Below, piece after piece: positions 1 through 8,765 of a DNA stretch of 64,000 nucleotides. The stretch covers positions 1 through 64,000 of the IMG/VR virus record IMGVR_UViG_3300008120_000012. The stretch is one strand, 5' to 3'. Position 1 is the stretch's first letter, and each line of letters starts with the position of its first letter. Made by a program: the position numbers and the translations under genes. The stretch comes from a virus. The notes beneath the pieces were generated by a model. The model was not told the origin of the DNA. It was given only the letters and a program-made list of their open reading frames with translations, and did no database searches.

Positions 1-33
1 ATATAATATATTTCTTTTTCTTTATATATTTAA

Positions 34-62
34 ATTATACACATGGTTTTATAGTTTGTCAA
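34..62 (-). promoter_or_regulatory. sigma70/SigA-type promoter firing leftward out of the window
   Basis: Minus strand TTGACA (62-57), 17 bp spacer, TATAAT (39-34): a perfect consensus. Confidence 0.7.
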
Positions 63-120
63 GTTTTAGTGCTGTTGGTTAAATAACTTTTTAGTAACTT
101 TTGGAAATATATAATGTTAT

Positions 121-180
121 AATAAACTTGCTATTTCCCTGAGAAATACTACCCCTTGCTTCTTGGGGAAATAGTTTATT
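121..180 (+). other. long imperfect inverted repeat / hairpin
   Basis: ctatttccctgagaa pairs with ttcttggggaaatag (G-U allowed), flanked by aataaac/gtttatt. It lies just after TGTTATAAT (115-123). Confidence 0.55.
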
Positions 181-183
181 TTA

Positions 184-192
184 TGGTATAAT
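184..192 (+). promoter_or_regulatory. extended -10 promoter, leaderless-type
   Basis: TGGTATAAT 8 nt before the ATG at 201; no SD. Confidence 0.6.
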
Positions 193-200
193 CATTTATT

Positions 201-593
201 ATGTCTTGCTCTTCCTGCCAAACAATTGAAAAATATGGTGCCGATCCATTAAATATACAATGGTCTGTGGTAAGAGGAGACTATTCTAGTATCCGTGTTG
301 AATTTTTAGAAAATGATGAAGTAACATATTATAGTACCACTGGCTGGTCTTATATTGCTACCGCCTATAATCCAGTAAATGATATTTCTTATACCCTGAC
401 AACAACTCCTGGTACTGGATATGTTGATATTATTGCTCAATCTACTATGACAGATGACTGGGGTGTAGGTAGCGCTCCAATCGTTGCTGAACTGTCCTTT
501 GACCTGCAGGTAACAAAGGCAGATTTAACAACATGGACTCCAATAATTGGTACAATATGTGTATTGAGTGATATAACGGGAGGAAGTTTATAA
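201..593 (+). CDS. virion structural protein, BppU N-terminal-like beta domain
   Basis: VVRGD...FDLQVT...PIIGTI pattern resembles the protein at 778; first gene of a translationally coupled structural operon. Confidence 0.5.
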   Translation: MSCSSCQTIEKYGADPLNIQWSVVRGDYSSIRVEFLENDEVTYYSTTGWSYIATAYNPVNDISYTLTTTPGTGYVDIIAQSTMTDDWGVGSAPIVAELSFDLQVTKADLTTWTPIIGTICVLSDITGGSL

Positions 594-778
594 TGCCAAC
601 AGTAAAAGTTATTCCTATGCCAGGTCCTAACGGAACCTCTGTTATATCTTTTGTATCTGTTCCAGCAACTCCAACATCTACAGGATCGGTTGGACAAGTT
701 GCTAGAGATGCAACATACTTATATGTTTGTACAGCAACAAATACTTGGAAAAGAATTCCTTGGGGAGTGTGGTCATAA
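593..778 (+). CDS. small virion protein with a fibre-type motif
   Basis: PATPTSTGSVGQVARDATYLYVCTATNTWKR motif is common in phage fibre proteins; TAATG coupling on both sides. Confidence 0.55.
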   Translation: MPTVKVIPMPGPNGTSVISFVSVPATPTSTGSVGQVARDATYLYVCTATNTWKRIPWGVWS

Positions 779-1122
779 TGGCATTTCCAGGTACATATAA
801 TTTTAACTATTATCGTGGTGATACTTTACAATTTACAATAACACCTAAAGATACTAATGGTGGCGCATTTTCATTAACTGGATATACTGCAGCATTTACA
901 GTTGCTAATCAAAGAGGAACTGGAGCAACTCAATATACTGGCACTACATCTATTAACACAACAACTAATACTATAACATGTACGCTACCAGCAGGAACTG
1001 GAAGAAACTTAGTTGGTGGCTCAACATATGTTTATGACGTTCAAATAACAAACGGTACTCTTATTTACACATTGCTAACAGGAAATATTGCTTCTACTGA
1101 CGATGTGACTGGAGCGGTTTAA
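778..1122 (+). CDS. BppU N-terminal-like baseplate/adaptor protein
   Basis: YYRGDT...YVYDVQIT...LLTGNI pattern. Start reassigned to ATG 778, which overlaps the upstream TAA. Confidence 0.55.
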   Translation: MAFPGTYNFNYYRGDTLQFTITPKDTNGGAFSLTGYTAAFTVANQRGTGATQYTGTTSINTTTNTITCTLPAGTGRNLVGGSTYVYDVQITNGTLIYTLLTGNIASTDDVTGAV

Positions 1123-1679
1123 TGACAACGCTTATAAGTGACGTAGAGTTAACAGTTTTTGGAGGACCAGATGTTGTAGACCTTTCTCTTGATTTTGGAG
1201 AGCAAGGAAAGCGTGGAAGTAAAATTTGGTCTGGTAATGGAAGCCCAGAAACTCAACTAGTTGGTCAAGAATTAGAGTTAAATGATATTTATCTTAATAC
1301 AAATCCATCCGATACTTATTATGGTTGGACATACCAATATGTTTTAGACGGAGTTAATCCTGTTTGGCAAAGAATTCTAAATCCTATTAAGCCAGACTTT
1401 TCAACTATAGCAACAACAACATTTACTGCAGGATCAACAACTATAAATGTTCCTGTTAGCAGTTTGACTACAAACAGTTCTCCAAGCATTTCAAGGTTTA
1501 TTGTAAGATACAGCATAGTGAATTCTAATCCAGTAGCATCTGGATTTACGTATTCTTTAACTGGATCTTATCCTAATCAAAATATAGCAATAGTGATTAA
1601 TGCAGTTTCATATTCTGGAGGTACCTGGTCAAATTTGACTGGTAGCCAAAATGTGCATCTGTATGTCACTTATAAGTAA
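1122..1679 (+). CDS. putative virion structural protein
   Basis: GEQGKRGSKIWSGNGSP...DIYLN short collagen-like/fibre motif; TAATG coupling. Confidence 0.5.
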   Translation: MTTLISDVELTVFGGPDVVDLSLDFGEQGKRGSKIWSGNGSPETQLVGQELELNDIYLNTNPSDTYYGWTYQYVLDGVNPVWQRILNPIKPDFSTIATTTFTAGSTTINVPVSSLTTNSSPSISRFIVRYSIVNSNPVASGFTYSLTGSYPNQNIAIVINAVSYSGGTWSNLTGSQNVHLYVTYK

Positions 1680-1692
1680 GGGGGTGTAGGAT

Positions 1693-3087
1693 ATGCCACA
1701 AATTGGTAGTGCATTAACTGGGTTAACACAGTTCAATGTTAATACTCAGATGCCTGCACTAACAGACAATGCAAATATTCAAGAAGCATTGCGTTTATAT
1801 CACTATGGTGCACCTTCAGGTACTGGAGTAGGTCAATATGATCCTACAAATACTGATCCAGTAAACCTTGTTAATCCATCAATAGCACATAGCCTATATA
1901 ATTTACAAACTCAGATAAGCAGCATTTCTGGATCACTTGGTGTACAAGCAGCAACATGGACATCTAAGGGTGCTTTGGTTTCTGCTACTGCTGCTGGAGC
2001 AGTTTCTGCATTAGTCCTACCTTCTCAATCAACTGCTAATGATGGATTTGTTTTAACTATTAACTACTCTGGTTCATCAACTGGTTTGGCTTGGGCATCT
2101 CCTCCAGTTACTCTTACTAATACTGTTACACTTACAAACAAAACTTTAACTGCTCCTAGAATTACATCTGCATCTCATATTGCAGACTCTAATGGTAATG
2201 AATTAATTATTTTCCCAACTGCTGTTGCTTCTGCTGTAAATGAAATTACTATTGCAAATGCTATTGCTACTGGAAAGCCTACTATTTCTGCTACAGGTGG
2301 AGATACAAACATTACTTTAAACCTTGTTTCAAAAGGAACAGGCACAGTCCAGGCTAACGGTGTTGATATTGATACAATTTCTGGTACCGCAACTTTAACA
2401 AACAAAACATTAACGTCTCCTACTATCAATACTCCTACAATTTCATCTCCTACCGTAACTCAACTTTATTTGTCTGACTCAGTTGTTATTTTTGAAGGAT
2501 CTAGTGCTGATGCAAATGAAACAACTTTAGGAGTAGTAAATCCAACAGCAGATAGAACAATTAATTTACCAGATGTTGATGGAACAGTTATTACTACTGG
2601 AAACTTAACTTCTATAACTGCCGTCGGAACAGTAACATCTGGAACATTCCCTGCTGCTAACTTAAGCGGAACTACTCTACCAGCAACGGTAGTATCTTCT
2701 TCACTAACCAGCGTTGGCACCCTTTCTTCTCTTTCAGTTTCTGGTGATCTTACTGTAAGTGGTAGGATGCTTGAGCGAATTTCTATAAATGCACAAACTG
2801 GAACATCGTATACAGTTATTGCTTCTGACGATAGCAAAATGATTGAAATGAATAATGCTTCTGCTAACACAATAACAGTTCCAAATCTTAGCACTATCCC
2901 AACAGGTGCAAAAATAAATATTGTTCAAACAGGAACAGGACAAACTACAATTGCTGCAGGAGCAAACGTAACTATTAATGGAACTCCTGGACTTAAGTTA
3001 AGAGCACAATGGTCTGGAGCAACCTTAATTAAAAGAAGCACAGGGGCAACGGACGTTTGGGTATTGCTAGGAGACCTTGTAGCATGA
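1693..3087 (+). CDS. tail fibre-like protein
   Basis: Thr/Ser/Gly rich with repeated TLTNKTLT and SSSLTSVGTL motifs. The C-terminal ~100 aa domain ending GDLVA is shared with 23354..24658. Confidence 0.75.
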   Translation: MPQIGSALTGLTQFNVNTQMPALTDNANIQEALRLYHYGAPSGTGVGQYDPTNTDPVNLVNPSIAHSLYNLQTQISSISGSLGVQAATWTSKGALVSATAAGAVSALVLPSQSTANDGFVLTINYSGSSTGLAWASPPVTLTNTVTLTNKTLTAPRITSASHIADSNGNELIIFPTAVASAVNEITIANAIATGKPTISATGGDTNITLNLVSKGTGTVQANGVDIDTISGTATLTNKTLTSPTINTPTISSPTVTQLYLSDSVVIFEGSSADANETTLGVVNPTADRTINLPDVDGTVITTGNLTSITAVGTVTSGTFPAANLSGTTLPATVVSSSLTSVGTLSSLSVSGDLTVSGRMLERISINAQTGTSYTVIASDDSKMIEMNNASANTITVPNLSTIPTGAKINIVQTGTGQTTIAAGANVTINGTPGLKLRAQWSGATLIKRSTGATDVWVLLGDLVA

Positions 3088-3764
3088 GTCCAATTATTCC
3101 AGCAGTTCCAGCATCTGGTGGCCATCAGCCAGGTACACCAACTGTAGGAACAGCAAGTGCTGGCAATGCTTCTGCAACAGTTGCTTTTACAGCGCCAGCA
3201 TATTTGGGAAAACCAACTGGAACAACTTATAGAGCAATAACTCAGCCAGTAGTTGTTAGAAGTACAACTGGAACAGTTGCAAACAATGTTCAAATCGGAT
3301 CTATATGGAGAGCAGATATTACTGGTATGTCTGCAGTTACAAACCTTTTTATTAATCAAGTAATTTCGGCAACAAACGGAACTGGATCTTTGGGCGCTGG
3401 TGTTGTTACAATTAAGGCTATTCCATCGTCTACCTCTCTTATTGTTGAGTCAACAGCAACAATGACAAATGGAACTATTACTAATATTTTAGGTGGAATT
3501 GTAGGTACTGGCTCAACATCTCCAGTTACTGTTAGCGGATTAACAAACGGAACAGCATATACTTTTAGACTTAACTTAGATAATACAGTTGTTCAATCTT
3601 TGCCAACAGGAGCAAGTAACTCTGTTACTCCAATTGCACCACCATTCTTCCCGCCATTCTTCCCGCCATTCTTCCCACCGTTCTTCCCACCGTTCTTCCC
3701 ACCATTCTTCCCACCGTTCTTCCCACCACCATACTTCTCATTCATCTGGGGCGCATCTCCTTAA
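3084..3764 (+). CDS. FN3-like domain virion protein (probable fibre tip) with C-terminal (PPFF)x7-PPPYFSFIWG tail
   Basis: ATG 3084 overlaps the upstream TGA (ATGA). FN3 motifs PGTPTVGTASAGNASATVAFTAP and VTVSGLTNGTAYTF...SNSVTP, then a Pro/Phe repeat tail. Confidence 0.75.
   Translation: MSPIIPAVPASGGHQPGTPTVGTASAGNASATVAFTAPAYLGKPTGTTYRAITQPVVVRSTTGTVANNVQIGSIWRADITGMSAVTNLFINQVISATNGTGSLGAGVVTIKAIPSSTSLIVESTATMTNGTITNILGGIVGTGSTSPVTVSGLTNGTAYTFRLNLDNTVVQSLPTGASNSVTPIAPPFFPPFFPPFFPPFFPPFFPPFFPPFFPPPYFSFIWGASP
3639..3722 (+). repeat. 12-bp tandem repeat x7 (ccRccRttcttc) encoding PPFF
   Basis: Seven in-frame units differing only by cca/ccg synonymous changes. Confidence 0.95.
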
Positions 3765-3796
3765 AATATAAGTTGATGTATGCTAGAATTAAAATT

Positions 3797-4537
3797 ATGA
3801 ACAAATTATTTGATAGTTTTTATTTCCTGCATGTTCCAAAAACTGCTGGTAGATTTTTTACACATAATATTGTTGTTCCATTAGACAAAATACTTAAAGA
3901 GCACGGTATAGAAAATTTTTACGATAGAGAAACTTATGTTGCTCATAGGTTTTGGGCAGACTTTATAACAGATAAAACATATGTTACTAGTTTGTTCAGA
4001 GATCCGATCAAGCATGCAGTAAGTTTTTATTCTCATTATGCAATGTTAGATAGAGGTGCTCAAAGAACTATGCCAGTCGGAGCGATGCAATTTAATAAAA
4101 ACACCATGATGGATTGGTTTGAAAATAATAGTCATAGAATTGGGAATATGCAATCTAAAAACTTTTTGTTATCAGATTTAGGTGGTAAAGAATATGGATT
4201 TATGAATAGTGAAAAGGTAATTAATTGTGAAATATCAAAAGAAATAATGATTGAAAGATTACAAGATGTTTCGCTATTAATTAAATCTGAACAATTACAT
4301 CATCAAAATATACAAAATGTTTTTGATAAAATACTTCAAGATTTAAAAATACCACAGCATCAAATTAAACATAATATTCAGAAGGCATCAAATTATTGGA
4401 ACCCTGATTCAACAAGAATATACAAAAGTTTAGATAATACAGACAGGAATAGAATTTTAGAGTGGAATAATGTAGACGCAGAGGTTTACCATACAGAGTC
4501 TGTATTCTATAATATAAATACGAAAGTTAATCAATGA
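3797..4537 (+). CDS. PAPS-dependent sulfotransferase family protein
   Basis: FLHVPKTAG (5'-PSB loop) and FRDP..HAVS (3'-PB) motifs. Start likely ATG 3797, 7 nt after TGCTAGAAT. Confidence 0.75.
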   Translation: MNKLFDSFYFLHVPKTAGRFFTHNIVVPLDKILKEHGIENFYDRETYVAHRFWADFITDKTYVTSLFRDPIKHAVSFYSHYAMLDRGAQRTMPVGAMQFNKNTMMDWFENNSHRIGNMQSKNFLLSDLGGKEYGFMNSEKVINCEISKEIMIERLQDVSLLIKSEQLHHQNIQNVFDKILQDLKIPQHQIKHNIQKASNYWNPDSTRIYKSLDNTDRNRILEWNNVDAEVYHTESVFYNINTKVNQ

Positions 4538-5034
4538 TAAAAGATATACAGTCAATAATTAATAATAATAAGATTATTTGGGAACAAAAAGAAACAAAAG
4601 AAGACTTGTTTCAATATAACTACTACATGCATTTTTTTTATTTATTTGATATTGATGAAAAATTATTTAAAGAAGGTAACAACTTTAAACTTGAAAAAAA
4701 TAAAAATCATGAAATTTGGAATTTAACAAATGAACTAATAAAAGAAATAGAATCTAAATATAATATGATTTCAGGTTCTGCATATTTTGTTAAATTAAAT
4801 CCACAACAATATCCTTTGCGTCAATACTATGAGTTTGAAGAATATGCAAGCATTATAAACAAATGTTATATTCCAATAATAACAAATTCTAATGCTTCAC
4901 TATGTGTTGATGATGAAATATATAACAATATCCCTGGTACAGAAACAATAGCACATAAAGAGCAGTTATCCTCATTGTATAATTTTGGAGAAACAGATAT
5001 TGTGTATTTAATTATTGATTTGATTGATAGATAA
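4534..5034 (+). CDS. aspartyl/asparaginyl beta-hydroxylase-like protein lacking the metal-binding His residues
   Basis: FVKLNP...YIPIITN...LYNFGETDIVYLIID follows the AspH-family scaffold, but the expected HxD and distal His are absent. Confidence 0.55.
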   Translation: MIKDIQSIINNNKIIWEQKETKEDLFQYNYYMHFFYLFDIDEKLFKEGNNFKLEKNKNHEIWNLTNELIKEIESKYNMISGSAYFVKLNPQQYPLRQYYEFEEYASIINKCYIPIITNSNASLCVDDEIYNNIPGTETIAHKEQLSSLYNFGETDIVYLIIDLIDR

Positions 5035-5118
5035 AATAATTATAATACATAGGGTTAAAATTCAAGTTTACAGAACTGCTTAACTATGATATACTAAATA
5101 AAAAACAAAGGAAAATTT

Positions 5119-5913
5119 GTGATAAAAAAAATATCAGAAGCAGTTTCAAATTTAATTATTTTTAGATCCTTCCGTCCTTGGCTCAATAATGAGAGTAACT
5201 CTGTTCCCTTGCCAACTCATAAAACAATGCCAAAATGGTACAAAGATGCAGATAGATTTGCAATTCATCCAATCACAAAAGATTATTATAAGGCGACAAA
5301 AGAAGTGTGTCCATTTCCACGACAAGGCACAACGGATGACTATGGCAAAATACCAACTTGGAAAGCATGCCCAGCAATCATGGATGGTTTTATTACAGGG
5401 TATGTTCTAAGAACTCCATGTGATATTACATTTTTTAAAGACAAGTATGGGAAAATAGATGTTAGTGTTAGTGATGAGAAGCATAAAGATTTTTGTACAA
5501 GGAGACAGCCTATGCCACAGTTTGAGCATCCACAGGGCTACTATCAAGAACATTTTGCATGGATGCCAGACTGGGGTCTAGAAGTTCCAGAAGGATACAG
5601 TTGTTTATATATGACTCCAATGAATAGATTTGACTTACCATTTTTAAATACAACTGGTGTTGTAGATAATGATAGCGTTCATATATCTGGAAGTTTTCCA
5701 TTTTTTGTAATTAAAGATTGGGAGGGAACAATTCCAGCAGGGACTCCGTACATGCAAATACTTCCTTTTAAAAGAGAAGATTGGACACATGAGATAGAGA
5801 TCTTGCAGCAAAAAGAAATTTATGATAGAATGATGGACAACATAAAACTATATCGTCAGCCAGACGGTGGGGTTTATCAAAATGACATTTGGACAAGAAG
5901 AGAGTATAAATAA
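5119..5913 (+). CDS. DUF6065-like (dUTPase-like fold) protein
   Basis: KACP...GYVLRTPCD, GYS...PMN...GVVDND and IPAGTP.MQILP; distantly paralogous to 6571..7287. Confidence 0.5.
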   Translation: MIKKISEAVSNLIIFRSFRPWLNNESNSVPLPTHKTMPKWYKDADRFAIHPITKDYYKATKEVCPFPRQGTTDDYGKIPTWKACPAIMDGFITGYVLRTPCDITFFKDKYGKIDVSVSDEKHKDFCTRRQPMPQFEHPQGYYQEHFAWMPDWGLEVPEGYSCLYMTPMNRFDLPFLNTTGVVDNDSVHISGSFPFFVIKDWEGTIPAGTPYMQILPFKREDWTHEIEILQQKEIYDRMMDNIKLYRQPDGGVYQNDIWTRREYK

Positions 5914-5914
5914 A

Positions 5915-6571
5915 ATGCAAACATGGAGTGCTAAAGAAGATCTTGGCAATGGAATTTATTGCTATAGAGATGTAATTAAACCAGAATTTGATATTATTAA
6001 CATATTAGAAAAAAATCTTGGCGCTATTGATAGCGAAAATGTTTTTAAGTGGAGACCAGCATATGTTGGTTATCAACAATTAATTCCAAGTTATCGTGAT
6101 TGTGTTGATTTTAAGTTTAAAAAAGAAGATATTCAACATATAGATACAGAAGAGTCATTAATTTTTCAAGATATGTGGCAAAAGGTTTATGATGCACAGC
6201 GTGTCGCAGTTGATGATTATCGTAAAGATTTTAATATTATGGATTTAAAATATTGGGAAGCCTTTAATTTTATTAAATATGGCCCAGGACAACACTTCCA
6301 AGAACATCATGATCATGGCTATTCTTATAACTGTACAGTTTCATTGGTTGCCTATGTTAATGATGATTACGAAGGTGGAGAGTTGTATTTTAGATTACAA
6401 AAAATGAACATCAAGCCAAAGGCTGGAGATTTATATGTGTTCCCATCTAACTTTATGTATCCACATCGTGCAATGCCCGTTCATTCTGGAACAAAGTATT
6501 CAATTGTAACAATGTTAGACTATAATAAAAAGTTTCATACAAGAGAGATGTATGTAGAAGACACAGAATAA
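5915..6571 (+). CDS. 2OG-Fe(II) oxygenase, prolyl 4-hydroxylase-like (#1)
   Basis: HHD, YVNDDYEGGELYF, distal H (PHRAMPV) and K (GTKYS). Start ATG 5915. Confidence 0.9.
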   Translation: MQTWSAKEDLGNGIYCYRDVIKPEFDIINILEKNLGAIDSENVFKWRPAYVGYQQLIPSYRDCVDFKFKKEDIQHIDTEESLIFQDMWQKVYDAQRVAVDDYRKDFNIMDLKYWEAFNFIKYGPGQHFQEHHDHGYSYNCTVSLVAYVNDDYEGGELYFRLQKMNIKPKAGDLYVFPSNFMYPHRAMPVHSGTKYSIVTMLDYNKKFHTREMYVEDTE

Positions 6572-7287
6572 TGAAAGTATCTGTTTATAAAATACCAAAC
6601 CATCCAGTTAAAATAGAACAAACTCAAGTTCAGAGGAACTGGATGGATGATACTTATGACAGACACGCATATAAATGCTTTCCTGTATCTCTTGCTAACT
6701 CCATTGGCTGGTCTATATCTTTTTTAGAAGACATAGAGTTTGTTTGGGATGGTGTTGTAGATACAACTCAAGATCATGTTAAAATATTAAAATCACCACC
6801 GAATGTTTGTAACTTAGGTCGTGGAAATGCAACAATAAGTTTTAATAGTGGTTTATATTTTCGTACTGATGAAAATACATCTATTATTTCTATTGTCCCA
6901 CCAAATTATTTTATAGATGGCGCAACACCATTTACGTCAATAATGTCTACTTCATTTTATGATGAGGCTTTTCCAATTGCATGGAGAATAACTAGGTCAC
7001 ATCAAAATATTGTAATTCCTGCAGGCACTCCAGTTGCTACATTAATTCCAGTTTCACTTGAAAAACTTTCTTTGATTGAGTTAGAGGTATATGACAAAAC
7101 TTTTGATCCAGAGGCCCTGCAAGAAAAAAGGGAATACCTAGAAGAATGGAAAAAAATATCAGAGCAGGGCAAGTTTAGTAATTTTTATAGAGATGCTGTT
7201 GATCATAAAGGGCAAAGCATAGGCAGCCATGAAAAAAAGTCTTTACACTTAAAAATAACAGATTTAACTACAAAAAACGAGAGGTGA
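6571..7287 (+). CDS. DUF6065 family protein
   Basis: RNWMD...HAYKCFPVSLANSIGW, PPNYFIDG and IPAGTP motifs. Confidence 0.65.
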   Translation: MKVSVYKIPNHPVKIEQTQVQRNWMDDTYDRHAYKCFPVSLANSIGWSISFLEDIEFVWDGVVDTTQDHVKILKSPPNVCNLGRGNATISFNSGLYFRTDENTSIISIVPPNYFIDGATPFTSIMSTSFYDEAFPIAWRITRSHQNIVIPAGTPVATLIPVSLEKLSLIELEVYDKTFDPEALQEKREYLEEWKKISEQGKFSNFYRDAVDHKGQSIGSHEKKSLHLKITDLTTKNER

Positions 7288-7299
7288 TATAATAATAAT

Positions 7300-8022
7300 A
7301 TGGAAATCACAAACAAGAATCACTTAGATAGAGTCGCAAAGTCTATTACGCCTTCTGGATTTTATGGAACTGGCAAAGACATGATTGTTGAACTTGAAAA
7401 CTTTATGACACAGGAAGAGATTGATTTTCTAGAAAATGCTGCAAAGTCTATAACTATTTGGGATGTTACAGAAAGTCATCAAAATGACAACGGTACTGTT
7501 ATTTATGATGCTAACTATTGGAAAGATAGAGTGGCAACTAGGTCTAGTCTAGATAAAAATGATCCCAGAATTGGTCCAGTAATTGAAGGCCTATTTAAAA
7601 AACTACAACCAATTATTGAAGACTTTTTTAAAGTTAAAGTTCAACCAACTGGACAAACAATTGTAAGATGGCTTCCTGGACAATTTCAAAAACCACATGC
7701 AGACAAAGAACTTCATGAGGGTCCTGATGCTGGACTGGCTAATGATTTTCCATACTATGATCTTTCAAGTTTATTTTACTTAAATGATGACTACGAGGGT
7801 GGAGAGTTATATTTCCCGTTGCAAGATGTTAAGTTTAAACCAAAAAAAGGTGCAGCATATTTTTTCCCAGGAGACATGAACTTTATCCATGGAGTTACAG
7901 AAATTAGAAATGGTATTAGATACACCTGTCCATTCTTTTGGACCATTTTAGAACATACTGGAGAAGTAAAGCCAAATCAAAATGAAAAGTACCACAGGAC
8001 ATTGTTGGATGGTGATAAATAA
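7300..8022 (+). CDS. 2OG-Fe(II) oxygenase, prolyl hydroxylase-like (#2)
   Basis: HAD, YLNDDYEGGELYF, HGV, GIRY. Confidence 0.9.
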   Translation: MEITNKNHLDRVAKSITPSGFYGTGKDMIVELENFMTQEEIDFLENAAKSITIWDVTESHQNDNGTVIYDANYWKDRVATRSSLDKNDPRIGPVIEGLFKKLQPIIEDFFKVKVQPTGQTIVRWLPGQFQKPHADKELHEGPDAGLANDFPYYDLSSLFYLNDDYEGGELYFPLQDVKFKPKKGAAYFFPGDMNFIHGVTEIRNGIRYTCPFFWTILEHTGEVKPNQNEKYHRTLLDGDK

Positions 8023-8024
8023 AT

Positions 8025-8765
8025 ATGAAAGAGATTAGATATTCAGAGGATATTTTAGTATATGAAGATTTTCTTACACCTGAAGAATGTCAAAAAATTA
8101 TTGATGTTTTAAATTTGCAGGTAAAGAATGAAACAATGCAATGGACACCTATAACATTTTACGAATCATATTCATCTAATTTACCAAAAGATAATGATCC
8201 AGAAATTTTAGAATGTGGTTTGCCAGGAACCTTTTTTTCAGATATTGAACAAAAGATTATAGAGATAACTGCAAAGATTCATAATAAAGATCCAAAACAG
8301 ATGTCTAAAATTGGATATCACACACAAAAATGGGAAAAGGGAGCATATGCTACTGTACATGCTGATAACTCATATAATGATGGAACTCCAAGTCCATTTG
8401 AAAGAAGTAGATATGCAACGTTTGTATATTTAAATGAAGATTTTGAAGGTGGGATATTAAATTTCCCAGAACGACAAATACAGATAAAACCTAAAACTGG
8501 GCTACTTGCTGCTTTTGCTGGAGATTACACAAATTTGCATGAAGTTACAATGATTACAAAAGGCACTAGATATACCTTGGGATCTTTTTGGGATGATAGG
8601 GACGCTGAAGACTATCCAGAAGAAGTAAGAAATAGATGGGAAGAAGAAATGAAAAAAATTAGAGAGTCTCAAGAAGAAACAAAGGCTGAATGGAAAGAGT
8701 TGTTAGACGAAGGATACAAGATTGATCCTATCGGAAATAAATACAAAGTGGAGGAACAAGCATGA
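8025..8765 (+). CDS. 2OG-Fe(II) oxygenase, prolyl hydroxylase-like (#3)
   Basis: HAD, YLNEDFEGG, HEV, GTRY; charged helical C-terminal extension. Confidence 0.9.
   Translation: MKEIRYSEDILVYEDFLTPEECQKIIDVLNLQVKNETMQWTPITFYESYSSNLPKDNDPEILECGLPGTFFSDIEQKIIEITAKIHNKDPKQMSKIGYHTQKWEKGAYATVHADNSYNDGTPSPFERSRYATFVYLNEDFEGGILNFPERQIQIKPKTGLLAAFAGDYTNLHEVTMITKGTRYTLGSFWDDRDAEDYPEEVRNRWEEEMKKIRESQEETKAEWKELLDEGYKIDPIGNKYKVEEQA

Noticed and set aside
3639-3722. Tandem repeat as a CRISPR array
   Set aside because: Contiguous 12-bp units with no spacers, in-frame within a CDS, and no cas genes.
3589-3771. His/Ser/Arg-rich 60-aa ORF (and the similar 52895..53119 ORF) as a real peptide
   Set aside because: These are alternate-frame readings of the Pro repeats. 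Variation is synonymous only in the Pro frame, and there is no credible start or SD.
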